Position numbers and translations under genes: made by a program
Shown: positions 11,834 to 24,848 of the stretch, piece after piece
How the letters are laid out: each line of letters starts with the position of its first letter
Position numbering within the stretch: position 1 is the first letter of the stretch
Assembly: GCF_009914755.1 (NCBI RefSeq)
Contig: NC_060935.1
Origin: the human T2T-CHM13v2.0 reference genome, Homo sapiens
Length of the DNA: 64,000 bases
Strand: one strand, 5' to 3'
Notes under the pieces: generated by a model
Database searches by the model: none
What the model was told of the DNA's origin: nothing
Seen by the model: the letters and a program-made list of their open reading frames with translations, nothing else

Positions 11834-12933
11834 GACAAGTGGCTGTGGACGTCCAGGTGTGGTCATTCCTCCAGCCACAGCAGGCTTTCAGAAGTTGTCC
11901 TGAGACTGCAATGCAGGGGGGCACTGTACTCAGGAGCAGGGTGGTCCCCACCTGGGCTGAGGACAGATCTTTGGGAGGCAGCAGTGGCCTGAGCCCTGGA
12001 CCAGGATGCAGGGGTCCCGGCTCTCGTTCTCCCTCATTCCCCCACTGCTCAAATGTGTCACTCCTGCCTTGCCACCCCCATTTACTTGTCTGAGGCAGGA
12101 GCTGATCTAGGAGCTGGGGAACCACTCACAGGTCTTGGGCAAAGGTCAGTGCCTGCATAGACTTGGCCAGCACAGTGTGCTTGAGCCCACCATCTCAGCC
12201 TCCTCACCACGGGGATTGTGCGGCCAGGGAAGTGCTGGCTTGCTTCCAGGTTGGTTTGGGTGTTTTCTATTTCCTCTCTTCTCGTGGCGCCCACCCGCCC
12301 CCCCGCCCCGCCCTGCCCCAGGTTCCCATTGAAATGCCGGCCAAAAGGACAGCTACACAGGCAGTTCCAGACCGCAGCCTTCCAGGGCCCTGCTCTGAGC
12401 AGCTGCCTGAGAGTCCCAGGCCGGGCGTACATTGTTCCATTTTTGGAATTCTTCGGGAGTGAGAGCAGCCTCGGCTGTCAACAGTGCTCTGTTCACAGAG
12501 GCCGGCCCGGCAAAGGAGAGAGGGCGAGCTATTGTCCAGGGCTGGGCTGCGGGCTGCAGGAATGTGCTGGAATGCCGGCCCGCATGGCACAGTCCCAGAG
12601 CGGGGCCTTTGTGTGCAAACACCACCGGGCAGCAGGGCCATCACATAAATAACGATGACCTCACCCCCAGATATCAGGCTCTGTGGTGGGATGGGGTGGG
12701 GGCGGGGGCCGGCCCCCAGAAAGGAGACCACAGGGGAGGCGCACCCTTCCCCACACACAGGGCACTGCAGCAGCCTCTGTGCAGGAACGCCAGCCAGAGT
12801 GGGGTTGGGGTGGATGTCTGCCCCTGGAAGCAGGCTGCATTTACTGTCTGGGGCCAATTGATACCCCTCAGTGCCTGAGACCTGGGCATCAGGACTCAGA
12901 GCCTCAACTCCAAAGGGTCCTGATGAAAATGCT

Positions 12934-14421
12934 GGTATAGGTATAGGCAGTTCAGGTCCAGGTGCAGAGGTGCAGGTATGGGCATGTGCAAGTTGCAGGT
13001 ATAGGCGGAGGGGTGCAGGTATAGGCAGAGGGGTGCAGGTATAGGTGGAGGGGTGGAGGTATAGGTGGAGGACTGCAGGTATAGGTGGAGGGGTGTGGGT
13101 ATAGGTGGAGGGGTGCAAGTGTAGGTGGAGGGGTGCAGGTATAGGCGGAGGGGTGCATGTGTAGGTGGAGGGGTGCAGGTATAGGTGAAGGGGTGCAGGT
13201 ATAGGTGAAGGGGTGCAGGTACAGGTGGAGGGGTGCAGGTATAGGCGGAGGGGTGCAGGTATAGGTGGAGGACTGCAAGTATAGGTGGAGGGGTGCGGGT
13301 ATAGGTGAAGGGGTGCAGGTACAGGTGGAGGGGTGCAGGTATAGGCGGAGGGGTGCAGGTATAGGTGGAGGACTGCAGGTATAGGTGGAGGGGTGCGGGT
13401 ATAGGCAGAGGGGTGCAGGTATAGGTGAAGGGGTGCAGGTATAGGCGGAGGGGTGCAGGTATAGGTGGAGGGGTGCAGGTATAGGTGGAGGACTGCAGGT
13501 ATAGGTGGTAGGTGGAGGGGTGTGGGTATAGGTGGAGGGGTGCAAGTGTAGGTGGAGAGGTGCAGGTATAGGTGGAGGGGTGCATGTGTAGGTGGAGGGG
13601 TGCAGGTATAGGTGAAGGGGTGCAGGTACAGGTGGAGGGGTGCAGGTATAGGCGGAGGGGTGTAGGTATAGGTGGAGGACTGCAGGTATAGGCGGAGGGG
13701 TGTGGGTATAGGTGGAGGGGTGCAAGTGTAGGTGGAGAGGTGCAGGTATAGGCGGAGGGGTGCATGTGTAGGTGGAAGGGTGCAGGTATAGGTGAAGGGT
13801 TGCAGGTATAGGTGAAGGGGTGCAGGTATAGGCAGAGGGGTGCAGGTATAGGTGGAGGGGTGCAGGTATAGGTGGAGGACTGCAGGTATAGGCGGATGGG
13901 TGTGGGTATAGGTGGAGGGGTGCAAGTGTAGGTGGAGAGGTGCAGGTATAGGTGGAGGGGTGCATGTGTAGGTGGAGGGGTGCAGGTGTAGGTGGAGGGG
14001 TGCAGGTATAAGTGAAGGGGTGCAGGTACAGGTGGAGGGGTGCAGGTATAGGCGGAGGGGTGTAGGTATAGGTGGAGGACTGCAGGTATAGGTGGAGGGG
14101 TGCGGGTGTAGGTGGAGGGGTGCAGGTGAAGGTATGTGCAAGTGTGGGTAGGTGGAGGGATGGAGGTATAGGTATGTACAAATGTGAGTATAGGTGGAGG
14201 GGTGCAGGTACAGGTGAAGGGGTGCAGGTACAGGTAGAAGGGTGCAGGTTCAGGTGGAGGGGTGCAGGTATAGGTGGAGGGGTGCAGATATAGGTGGAGA
14301 GGTGCAGGTACAGGTGGAGAGGTGCAGGTACAGGTGGAGAGGTGCAGGTATAGGTGGACGGGTGCAGGTACAGGTATATGCGGGTGCAGGTACAGGTATA
14401 TGCAAGTGCAGGTATAGGCAG
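12934..14421. repeat. G-rich minisatellite (probable VNTR), 20-bp unit AGGTATAGGTGGAGGGGTGC, about 68 core copies with degenerate hexamer-like flanks
   Basis: Directly visible tandem array; core ~12995-14360. Confidence 0.99.
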
Positions 14422-14539
14422 GGGGATAGCGAGCCCTAGATACATCCCTGGGTGATGAGGCCCACTCCGCCTCCTCCAGGCTTGTCACCTCTGTGAGCTG
14501 CTGTACCTCCTTCCTCAGTAGAAAGGGGACCACAGAGAT

Positions 14540-14992
14540 AAGTCATGCCTTCAGCACCTGCCAGCGGCAGGTGTGATGAGAAGGGTGTTTTCCCTCTGGG
14601 GTCTTCCTTCCCAAACCCCATAACCCAGTCCAACTATGAGATCAACTAAAGGGCATTCTGTGAAATCCTCAAAACCAGTCCTCAAAACTGGTGAGGATGT
14701 CACAAGCAAGCAAAGAGAGAAGCTGCCGCAGCCCAGGGAGTCTCAGGAAATGGGGTGACCCAGTGTCACGTGGGGCCCTGGATGGGGCTCTGGGACAGAA
14801 AAGGGTATTGTGGGAAAGCCAAACAAACTACAGACCTTAATTAACAAGAATGCATTGACATGAGTTCGTTAACTCTGACAAGCACACCCTACTAATATTA
14901 GATGTTCACAGTAGGGGAAGCTGGGTGTGGGGCACGCGGGAGCTCTTGCTGTGTCCGTAACTTCTCCGTGAAGCTGCAACTGTTCTAAAGTG
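14540..14992 (+). mobile_element. L1MC/MD-type 3' UTR fragment
   Basis: CCCAAACCCCATAACCCAGTC, CCTCAAAACTG, GGGACAGAAAAGG, GATGTTCACAGTAGGGGAAGCTGGG. Confidence 0.75.
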
Positions 14993-16549
14993 GAAGGTGT
15001 GTAAAGCCGAATGGTTAAGAATCCAGCTCACCCTGGGACACGCAGCAGGTGCCCAGCCAGCGGCAGCCCTGACCATGAGACCAGCCCACCCCTTTCACTC
15101 TGTCTACTCAGAGAAGCCTCTTTGCTGTAACCCACACAGTGGTTGGAACTGTACAGACTTCATCATGAGGAGTAAGTGCAAGCAGGAGGTAGGAGTGCAT
15201 TGGCGGGAACCTGCAGAGACTGGGCGAGTCCCTGTTCTGTCCCTTCCTGACTCCAGGGCTTGAGTGAGCGACACCACCTGCTTCTTGGGGCTGCTGTGGG
15301 GCAATGAGAAGACCCAGTGGGATTTGCAATGTAGGGCACACCTGCTCCACACTGCGACCAGAGCCCTTTCAACTCAGACCGAATCTGGAGGCGTCTCTGA
15401 GCCTGCTTTGCTGGCCCCAGCTCTCCTCTCTCCTGCCCCTTCCTGGCCAACCTCAAAGGAGGGCCCTCGAGGCCTAGCAGAGACGCTCCCACCAGGCAGC
15501 GTGTTACAACACACCATGTTGCCTTCCCGCGCCTCCGGCAGCACTGTGATGGAAGCTCAAGGGAACAATTTGCAGTGTCCAGGGCTGAAGCCTGCTTAGG
15601 GTCCAGCTGCTGCCACCAGCATGCAGGCTCTCACACAGCAGGGGCTGCTGCCCCACTTGGCAGGGCAGGGCGCTGAGGACCAGAGGGGCAAACCATTTGC
15701 CCAAGGTCATTGCCAGGACTTAAACCTGCAAGCTGGAACCTGTGCTTTCAATCATAGTGTCCAGTGGGCCAAAACAGGTCCCCTAAGAGGGAAGGGGCTG
15801 CCCCGAGGCCACACAGCTCACAGGCACTGAGTCCTTGCACCAGTACAGGGACCTGTCCTCCCTGCAGTCTAGGAGGCTCCATCTGTGCAGCCCCAGAAGA
15901 CAAATCCTCCAGCCTGGCAGGCAGGGAACTGCTTGGAGCCAGGAAGTTCAGGCAGGCACCTGGCGCCCCAGAGCGCTGCATTCTCGCTTCCACTCTGCAC
16001 CTGCCCCAGACCCTGAGCAGCCCCACACAGAGCCTGAGCAGTGCATGCATTTGTGCAAACTGGCCAGACAGCAGGTGCAGGGGGCACGGTGTCTTTGTGG
16101 GCCAGGCCCCTACTTCCTGCACACGTGTGTGTCAAGGCACCTGCACCTCCTTATCTCTCCTAGGTGTGTCCAGCCTCACAGCCCACCCTCCTGGCCCTGC
16201 CTCTGACCTTTGCTCCAACCAGTCCACCCATGCACCCCTCTTGCTTCCCACCCATGGTTCAACCTGTTTGCTCTGCTGGAGATGGGTCACACTTCCACTC
16301 CCGGCCGCCCACCGGCTCCTGCTCATCCCCTTCCCTCGGAGTGGGGTGTTCCTCCTCACCCAAACCTGGGCCAGGCACCCCTCCTCTGGGCTCCATGTCA
16401 CCCAGGCAGGCATCACCCTGCAGGGAAAGTCCACATTGCCTCGTCTGTCTGTCCAAGTAGACTGTGGGCAAATCGAGGCCAAGGCTGGGTCTGAATCATC
16501 TCAGCACCCCAGGGTCTGACACCGCCTGGTGCTCAGCCAGCACCTGCTG

Positions 16550-16975
16550 GATGGAAAGAAAGGAGGGAGGGGGAGGAAGGAGGGAGGGAGAGCAGATGCA
16601 TGGAGGGAAATAAGGAAGGAGAGAAAGATAGACGAGTGAAAAAATAGTTAGGAAATGTGTCCAGAAATGGAGAGATGGAAAGGAGAGAGGGGGGAAGTAA
16701 GGCATGAAGAAGGAAGAAAGGAAGGAAGAGAGGGAGGGAGGGAGGTTAGATATGCATGAAAGGATGGAAGGAAGGATGGAAAGATAGAAAAATGGGTAGT
16801 TGAGGAAGGGCTGGAGGATTGGTGAATGAAGGGAGAGATGGATAGAAGAGAGAGGGAGGAAGGGAGGGAGGGAGAGAGGAAAAGGAGTGGGGAGGGCTGA
16901 AAGGAGGAAGATGGAAGGAAGAATGGGTGGATGGAGGAAAGGAGGGCTGGAGGAGTAGATGTGGGTAGACGGATG
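16550..16975. repeat. GA-rich purine low-complexity tract, probably expanded from an L2 tail
   Basis: GGAA/GGAG/GGAT-rich run of ~420 bp. Confidence 0.9.
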
Positions 16976-17883
16976 GGTTTGTTGGGTTTGGGAGGGTGGG
17001 GTTGGGCGGAAACTCTTTACACTCTACTCAGGCTGTGTCCTCCCTTTGATGAACAAGGGGATCTCCAGTGACCTGCCAAGCCCAGGTCATTGGTAATGGG
17101 GCGGAGTGGGGATGGTGAAGATGTCATAAGAACCCACTGGCCCCCAAGTGATGTTGGCAGCATGGGCACCTGGGGTCGCCAAAACAAGACAGGTGCGTGC
17201 CCAGGCATGCCAAAATCCCCTGCAAATGTGGAAAGCACCAGAATCCTGGGGATTTTTCTAGCATGGATTTTATTTTGCCAATGAAAAATAATCACAATCA
17301 CATACAAGTGGCCATAGAAGGAAGCCCAGCGCTGAGGTGACCTGCTGAATAGAGAGCTCCTTCCAACCCCTCGGGCCGGCCGTGGACGTGACCGCCCAAC
17401 TTGGCTGTCCAGCCCCACCACCCAGCAGAGGCTCCTTCCCTGACATGAGGCCGGCTTTGCCACCCAGAGGCACACTCGGCACCAGAATGGCCCTCACCAG
17501 GAGGCTTCAGCGTCCCCCCATGGCCTGCCTGTCCATGGACCTCCGACGCGGCCACCTGGGGCATGCTGCCTCTGGTGCTCAATCACACGGGACCTGAGAG
17601 AGTGCAGCGAGGCCACGGCCTGACCCCTCATCTCCATCCCTGTCTTCACCTCTGTGCGCCACTCCACAGGCCTTCTTTTCTCGGCTCAGGCCCCAGAGTC
17701 TGGGGTGAGAGATGCGAGCTTTGTGCTCCTCCTCCACCACATTGAAACAGGACTATCAGGAGGTGTGTATGCTGTTAAGTGGGGACGAGGGGCTGCTAGA
17801 TCACGTGTGTAATAGAATGCCGATTTTGCAAATCTACAGCCACACGCAGAGAAACAGACTGAAAGACCACAGATAGCAGGACT

Positions 17884-18032
17884 CCTAACCAGCCCCACCT
17901 GGCTGGCCTCCACCAAGCTGCCTCTAAGCCAACCGGCCCCATTAACCCACACAGGCCGCCTAACCAGACCCACCTAGCTGGCCTCCACCAAGCTGACCTC
18001 TAAGTAGCCAACCAGCCACATTAACTCACACA
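17884..18032. repeat. Tandem duplication, ~75 bp x2
   Basis: CCTAACCAGCCCCACCTGGCTGGCCTCCACCAAGCTG...ATTAACCCACACA repeated at 17884 and 17959. Confidence 0.92.
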
Positions 18033-18195
18033 CCCCACTCTGGCTGCAGAGCTCCACTGATGCCCACATGGAACTGGCAGCCCCAGCTGGCACCTGCTTC
18101 CTGGCACCCTGCCCACCTACTCCCAGCTGCATCTGCCCACTGAGGTCAGTGGGTTCACGCATCTGCTAATACCTCTGTACTTCTAATCACAACTA

Positions 18196-18664
18196 CGGTC
18201 ATCCCTTGGAACCCAAGGAGGATTGATTCCAGGATCCCCAAGGAGACCAAAATCCACAAATGCTCCACTCCCTTATATACAATGCTGTAGTGTTTGCATA
18301 GAACCCAGGCACATCCTCCTGCATACTTTAAATCTAGATTACTTATAATACCTAACAAAATGTGGTGTAATATTATGGGGGAGGCGGTCTTGTTGTCTCA
18401 GGGTTGGCAGAGTTGGAAGAAAATCCACATGTAAGTGGACCCTTGTGGTAAAATATAATATGCCACATTTTATTAGGCATTATAAGTAATCCAGATTTAA
18501 AGTAATTGTAATACTAAGCAAACAGTTGTTATTCTGTATTTTTTGTTTCATTGTTGTGTTATTTTTATTGTTGTATTTTTAACTGAATTTTTTCCTTAAA
18601 TCATTTTGATCCAAGATTGGGTGAATATGTTGATGCAGAACCAGTGGATACGGGAGGCTGACCA
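18196..18664 (+). mobile_element. MER2 (TcMar-Tigger MITE) carrying an internal inverted insertion
   Basis: TA then CGGTCATCCCTTGG...GATTGATTCCAGGA...GATGCAGAACCAGTGGATACGGGAGGCTGAC. Confidence 0.88.
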
Positions 18665-19011
18665 TGCATCACTTAATTTATTTTGTTAACTAGTACATAA
18701 ACCTACCTATGAAATCCGAGTGCAAAAATATGGTTACTAATCTACGAAAATGAAGCTTTACGCTTTAGAAAATGATACTGATAAGTTGCTTTAAAAAAAA
18801 AAAAAAAAAGCTTCCGCCTAGTAAAGGGTGAGGCAGCTGGAAACAATTGTGATGCCCGTTCATATCATTCTAGAAAAATCCTGAATTCAGACTGTGTCAC
18901 ATGTCTGTAAGCTTCCACTTCACCTTAAAGAAATTGAAACTGAGAATGAGCGTGGTCTGTGCTTAGGAGAAGACGTGGAACTCCAGTGGGCAGTTTCATC
19001 AAATCAATGTA

Positions 19012-19450
19012 CAGCTGACCCTCAAACAGCCCGGGTTTGAACTGGAGGGTCTTTCCACTTCTCCCTGGGTTTTCTTCTGCCTCTGTCACCCAGGAGATGG
19101 CAAGACCAACCCCCCACCCCTCCTCTTCCTCCTCCTCTTCCTCAGCCTACACAACATGAAGACCACAAAGATGGAGACCTTTACCATGATCCACTTCCAC
19201 TTAATAGTAAATACATTTCTCTTCCTTATGATTTTCTTAGTAACATGTTCTTTTCTCTAGCTTGCTTTATGGCATGAATAGTCTATACCATACAAAATAT
19301 GTGTTAATTGACTTTGTATGTTATAGACAAGGCTTCCACTCAACAGTAGGCTATTAGTAGTTAAGTTTCGGGGGAGTTGAAAGTTGTAGGTGGATTTTTC
19401 ATCTGCAGGGGCTTGGTCTCCTACTCTCCATGTTGTTTAAGGGTCCACTG
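19012..19450 (+). mobile_element. Tigger2a (MER28), full length
   Basis: TA|CAGCTGACCCTCAAACA...TGTTTAAGGGTCCACTG terminal inverted repeats; internal GATCCACTTCCACTTAAT and CAACAGTAGGCTATTAGTAGTTAAG. Confidence 0.9.
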
Positions 19451-19681
19451 CACAGTTATGCTGTTTGAGATTAAAATACAACATGAAGCATGAGCATGTA
19501 TCATGTTGCTGCTCTCCCCCCTGCTTTAAATGATTTTTACTTTCTTCTTTGGATTTTTCTGTGTTCTTCAAATTTTTTTCCAACAAGCATGCATCACTTT
19601 TATCACCCAAAAGAATAATGGCTATGTCTTTAGCCAGTGTCAGCGCACTGGGAGAATTGCTGTGCTCGGATGCCTTCTGCC

Positions 19682-19780
19682 AGGGTCTGTGCCTCGTCCC
19701 TCCCTGGGGTAGGATGAGGGTTTCTCAGCCAGGGTCTGGCCTCATCCCTCCCTGGGACAGGATCGAGGTGTCTCAGCCAC
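19682..19780. repeat. Tandem duplication, ~49 bp x2
   Basis: AGGGTCTG(T)GCCTCRTCCCTCCCTGGG...TCTCAGCC twice. Confidence 0.85.
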
Positions 19781-19829
19781 AGTGTCATGGGCCCGTTGGG
19801 CCAAGTCATCCTTTGTTGAGGGGAGGAGC

Positions 19830-19966
19830 GGAGGCTGTTCTGTGTTCCTCATCCCCGGCCTCCACCTACAAGAGGCCGGAAGGGTCCCCTCCAGTTGTGA
19901 CAAGGGAGTGTCTCCAGATCCCATCAAACGCCTGTGGGGACAAAATCACTGCAGGCTGAGAAACTG
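19830..19966. mobile_element. MER20 fragment, opposite orientation to the 11690 copy
   Basis: CATCCCCGGCCTCCACC...CCAGTTGTGACAA...TGTCTCCAGA...CAAAATCAC. Confidence 0.7.
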
Positions 19967-20567
19967 ATACAGATTTTTAAAACCCCACTTGGGGACCCCA
20001 GCCTCCACCCTGCTTCTGACCGTGTCCTCATCACACTGAACATTAGTTGGGTGAAACTTAAAATGCTCTCAACTATCTGGCTGTGCCGGCTTCACAGAGC
20101 CAAACCCTGCACCACTGGAAAATAGTGCATGTCTAAACTCCATCTTTGGATGTTCACCACTGCTTCTGCAGGGCGAGGGCCCGGCTCTGTCACTCCTGAG
20201 AAGGCTATTCCCAAAGTGGATGGAGCCCTGGGCAGGTCCCCTTCCCCTGCAAGGCACCAAGAAACCAACAGGCAGTCCGCTCCTCGGAGGCAGCTCTCTT
20301 TTCAAGCATTCTTTCTGGTTTTCCGTTCCTAAAAGGACGCTGCCTTTCTCTGAGCCTGTAAGAGCCCTCAAAGGGTCCAGCAGAGGCCAGAAGGCTGAGC
20401 AGGGGCCTCCCTGGATGAAGTGGGGAGTGGGGGTGGGGTAGATGCTGCAGGCATGCCCTGCACCCACCCACCTCCCAGCCATGTGCCCTGGGTGAGGCCT
20501 TCGCAGGAACTCTGACCCCTCTGCTTCCCATAAAGTGTTAGGTGTTGGTCTCGGGGAGCCTGGCTGG

Positions 20568-20965
20568 TGGATTAGTTCCTTCTCAAGCTGCTATAAAGAA
20601 ACACCTGAGGCTGGGTAATTAATAAAGAACAAAGGTTTAACTGGCTCACAGTTCCACAGGCTGTGCAGGAAGCATAGTGGCTTCTGGGGAGGCCTCAGGA
20701 AGCTGATGATCATGGTGGAAGGTGAAGGAGAAGCAGGCACCTCTTACATAACCTGAGGAGGAGCAAGAGAGAGAGGGCGGGGAGGTGTCACATACTTTTA
20801 AAAACAACCAGATCTCGTGAGAACTCATTCACTATCACAAGAACCGCACCAAAGGGGGAAATCTGTGCCCAGGATCCAATCACCTCCCACCAGTACCCAC
20901 CTCCAACACTGGGGAGTATAATTCCACATGAGATTTGGGTGGGGACACAGATCCAAACCATATCT
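20568..20965 (-). mobile_element. MSTA-type MaLR solo LTR
   Basis: GCTATAAAGAAACACCTGAGGCTGGGTAA...GAGATTTGGGTGGGGACACAGATCCAAACCATATC. Confidence 0.92.
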
Positions 20966-21319
20966 GTTGGTTTAGCCACAAGTGAGCCCCTCCTGCCATA
21001 TGCTGGGCAGCCAGGGAAGCTACCCAGGATGCCTCTGCCATCAGGGTCCGTCACTGTGAGCCCAGGGGAGGCCATTGATGAAGGTGGGTGGGTGAGGCTT
21101 AAGGTAAATGAAGGTGGGGCACAAGGTGGGAAGGTTCTGGAACATCTGGGCATACTTCCCCATGGGGTGTACACCAGGAGGCACAGAGGGCAGCCCACAT
21201 CACCAAGGGCCTCCAGTGGCCGGCTGACTTTAGGCTGAGTCGGCAGACCACACGCCCAAGAGTGACAAGGCCAGTCACTGGAAGCGGAAGAAACGCTAGA
21301 CATTTATCCTTATTTTCTC

Positions 21320-23390
<2,071 letters not shown>

Positions 23391-23399
23391 CTTCATATC

Positions 23400-24160
23400 T
23401 TTTTACTGAGGTATAATTCTCATAGAGTGAAGTTGACAAATCATAAGTGTATAAACAAATCTTAAGCTTGATGAATTTTTATGTGTGTGTGTGTGTGTGT
23501 GTACACCCATGAAACCACCACCAAGATCTGGCTATAGGACATTTCATTTCACACACCCAGAGAGTCCCGTTATGGGATTCCCCATTAGGTTTGCAAAATG
23601 CAGCAAAAAAACAAAAAACAAACAAAAAAAAAACCCAAATAGGATGCCCAGTAAGGCTTACAATGAGGGATGAACAAATAAAATTTTAGTATAAGTATGT
23701 CTTATGAAATATTTGGGACATATCCTGGGACATATTTACACACACGAAAAAAACTATTGATCATTTATCTGAAACACAAATTTTAACTGGGTATTTTGCA
23801 TTTGACCACACTGCCATGAATGAGTTTTCCCCATCCTTGAACCTCATACAGCTGAAATCATAGTGCATGAACCTTGTTTCTTGTCCTAATGTTTCTGAGA
23901 TCCATCCATGTTATTGCCTCTATCAGAACCACTCTTCTTCACTCCTGAGAAGTGTTCCATTGCCCAAGGTCTATGTTTGTTTTCCTGTTGACGCCTGAGC
24001 TGTTTCCACTTTGAGGCTCTTCTAGATGGAGCTGCCATGTGTGCTCTGGTGGGTGTCTTGCTATACACACATGCACTTATTTCTTTTGGGTAAATACTTA
24101 GAAGCGGAATTGCTGGGTCCCAGGTGGGCATATATTAGCTCTGTTAGAAACTAATTTCTT
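23400..24160 (-). mobile_element. L1ME-type fragments split by MER53; includes a (TG)n run
   Basis: TTTACTGAGGTATAATT..., TTTCTGAGATCCATCCATGTT, GGAATTGCTGGGTC. Confidence 0.7.
23587..23812 (+). mobile_element. MER53 palindromic DNA-transposon MITE
   Basis: AGGATGCCCAGT...TTTTAGTATAAGTATGTC...ATATTTGGGACATA...TTTATCTGAAA...TTAACTGGG, self-complementary layout. Confidence 0.85.
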
Positions 24161-24169
24161 TTCTGCATA

Positions 24170-24385
24170 CGTGTAAAAAATACATTAGTTCCTCACCCCC
24201 CTAAACACACACACACACACACAAACACAATAGTAACTATGTGAAGTGATGGGTGTGTTAATTAATTTGATTGTGATAATCATTTCACAGTCTATATGTA
24301 TATCAGATTCTCATGGTGTACACCTTGACTATAAGCAATTTTAATTTGTTGATTATTCCTCAGTAATGCTGGGGAGAAAAGAGTA
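24170..24385 (+). mobile_element. L1MA/MB extreme 3' end
   Basis: GTAACTATGTGAAGTGATGG...GATAATCATTTCACA...TGTACACCTTGA. Confidence 0.8.
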
Positions 24386-24668
24386 AAACAAAATCAAGAC
24401 CACTCCATGCTTAGAGTAAAATCAATAAGATAACACTCTAAAAAAATAATAAAGATGTGAGTACAATAGTATGTGGGGTGTATGATAGGAGGATCTTGAT
24501 TGATGGTGGTTGTGATCTAAAGAGTTGAGGAGTTCCGCAGATTGGGGACACTGATGGTTTGGGGGCAGGAAGGGGAGGTGATCAGAGGCACGCTTTAGGG
24601 AGGAAGTCTGACTCATGTTTGTGCCGGGTGCCGAGCCCATAGGGATGGTGCTTCCAGAAAGTCCACAG

Positions 24669-24848
24669 GACTCCAGATAAACAGCAAACCACTTGTTGGT
24701 ATAAGTATGTATCAATGTATGTCCCCAAGAACGCACAGGGCATATTGACAAAATAGTATTCCTTATTTATCTGAAAATGAAATGAATGTACATGAAATCT
24801 CAATTTAATTGACTGTCCTCTATTTCTATGTGCTAAATCCAGCAGGTC
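24669..24848 (-). mobile_element. Second MER53, degraded
   Basis: CAGATAAACA...GTATAAGTATGT...TTTATCTGAAA...TGTCCTCTATTT...TGCTAAATC. Confidence 0.75.

Larger units (their letters stand above)
18165..19510 (+). mobile_element. Old Tigger element (Tigger13a-like), host of the MER2 and Tigger2a insertions
   Basis: Fragments 18165-18195, 18665-19011 and 19451-19510 read continuously as a decayed Tigger transposase N-terminal region (GAGTGCAAAAA...TTAAAGAAATTGAAACTG...GAAGACGTGGAACTCCA); subfamily from recall. Confidence 0.55.

Noticed and set aside
12934-14421. CRISPR-like regular array
   Set aside because: No unique spacers, no cas genes, eukaryotic context; a plain minisatellite (likewise 56986-57055)
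12267-14533. Three long minus-strand ORFs (624, 545 and 497 aa) rich in P/T/H/L/Y
   Set aside because: All three frames are open only because the 20-bp repeat lacks stop codons on that strand; no domain or gene context
15764-16519. 251-aa ORF, and similar 150-225-aa ORFs at 2.0-2.7, 40.2-40.9 and 59.6-60.2 kb
   Set aside because: Low-complexity P/G/A/S/R peptides with overlapping frames open on both strands, as expected in GC-rich DNA; no recognisable family
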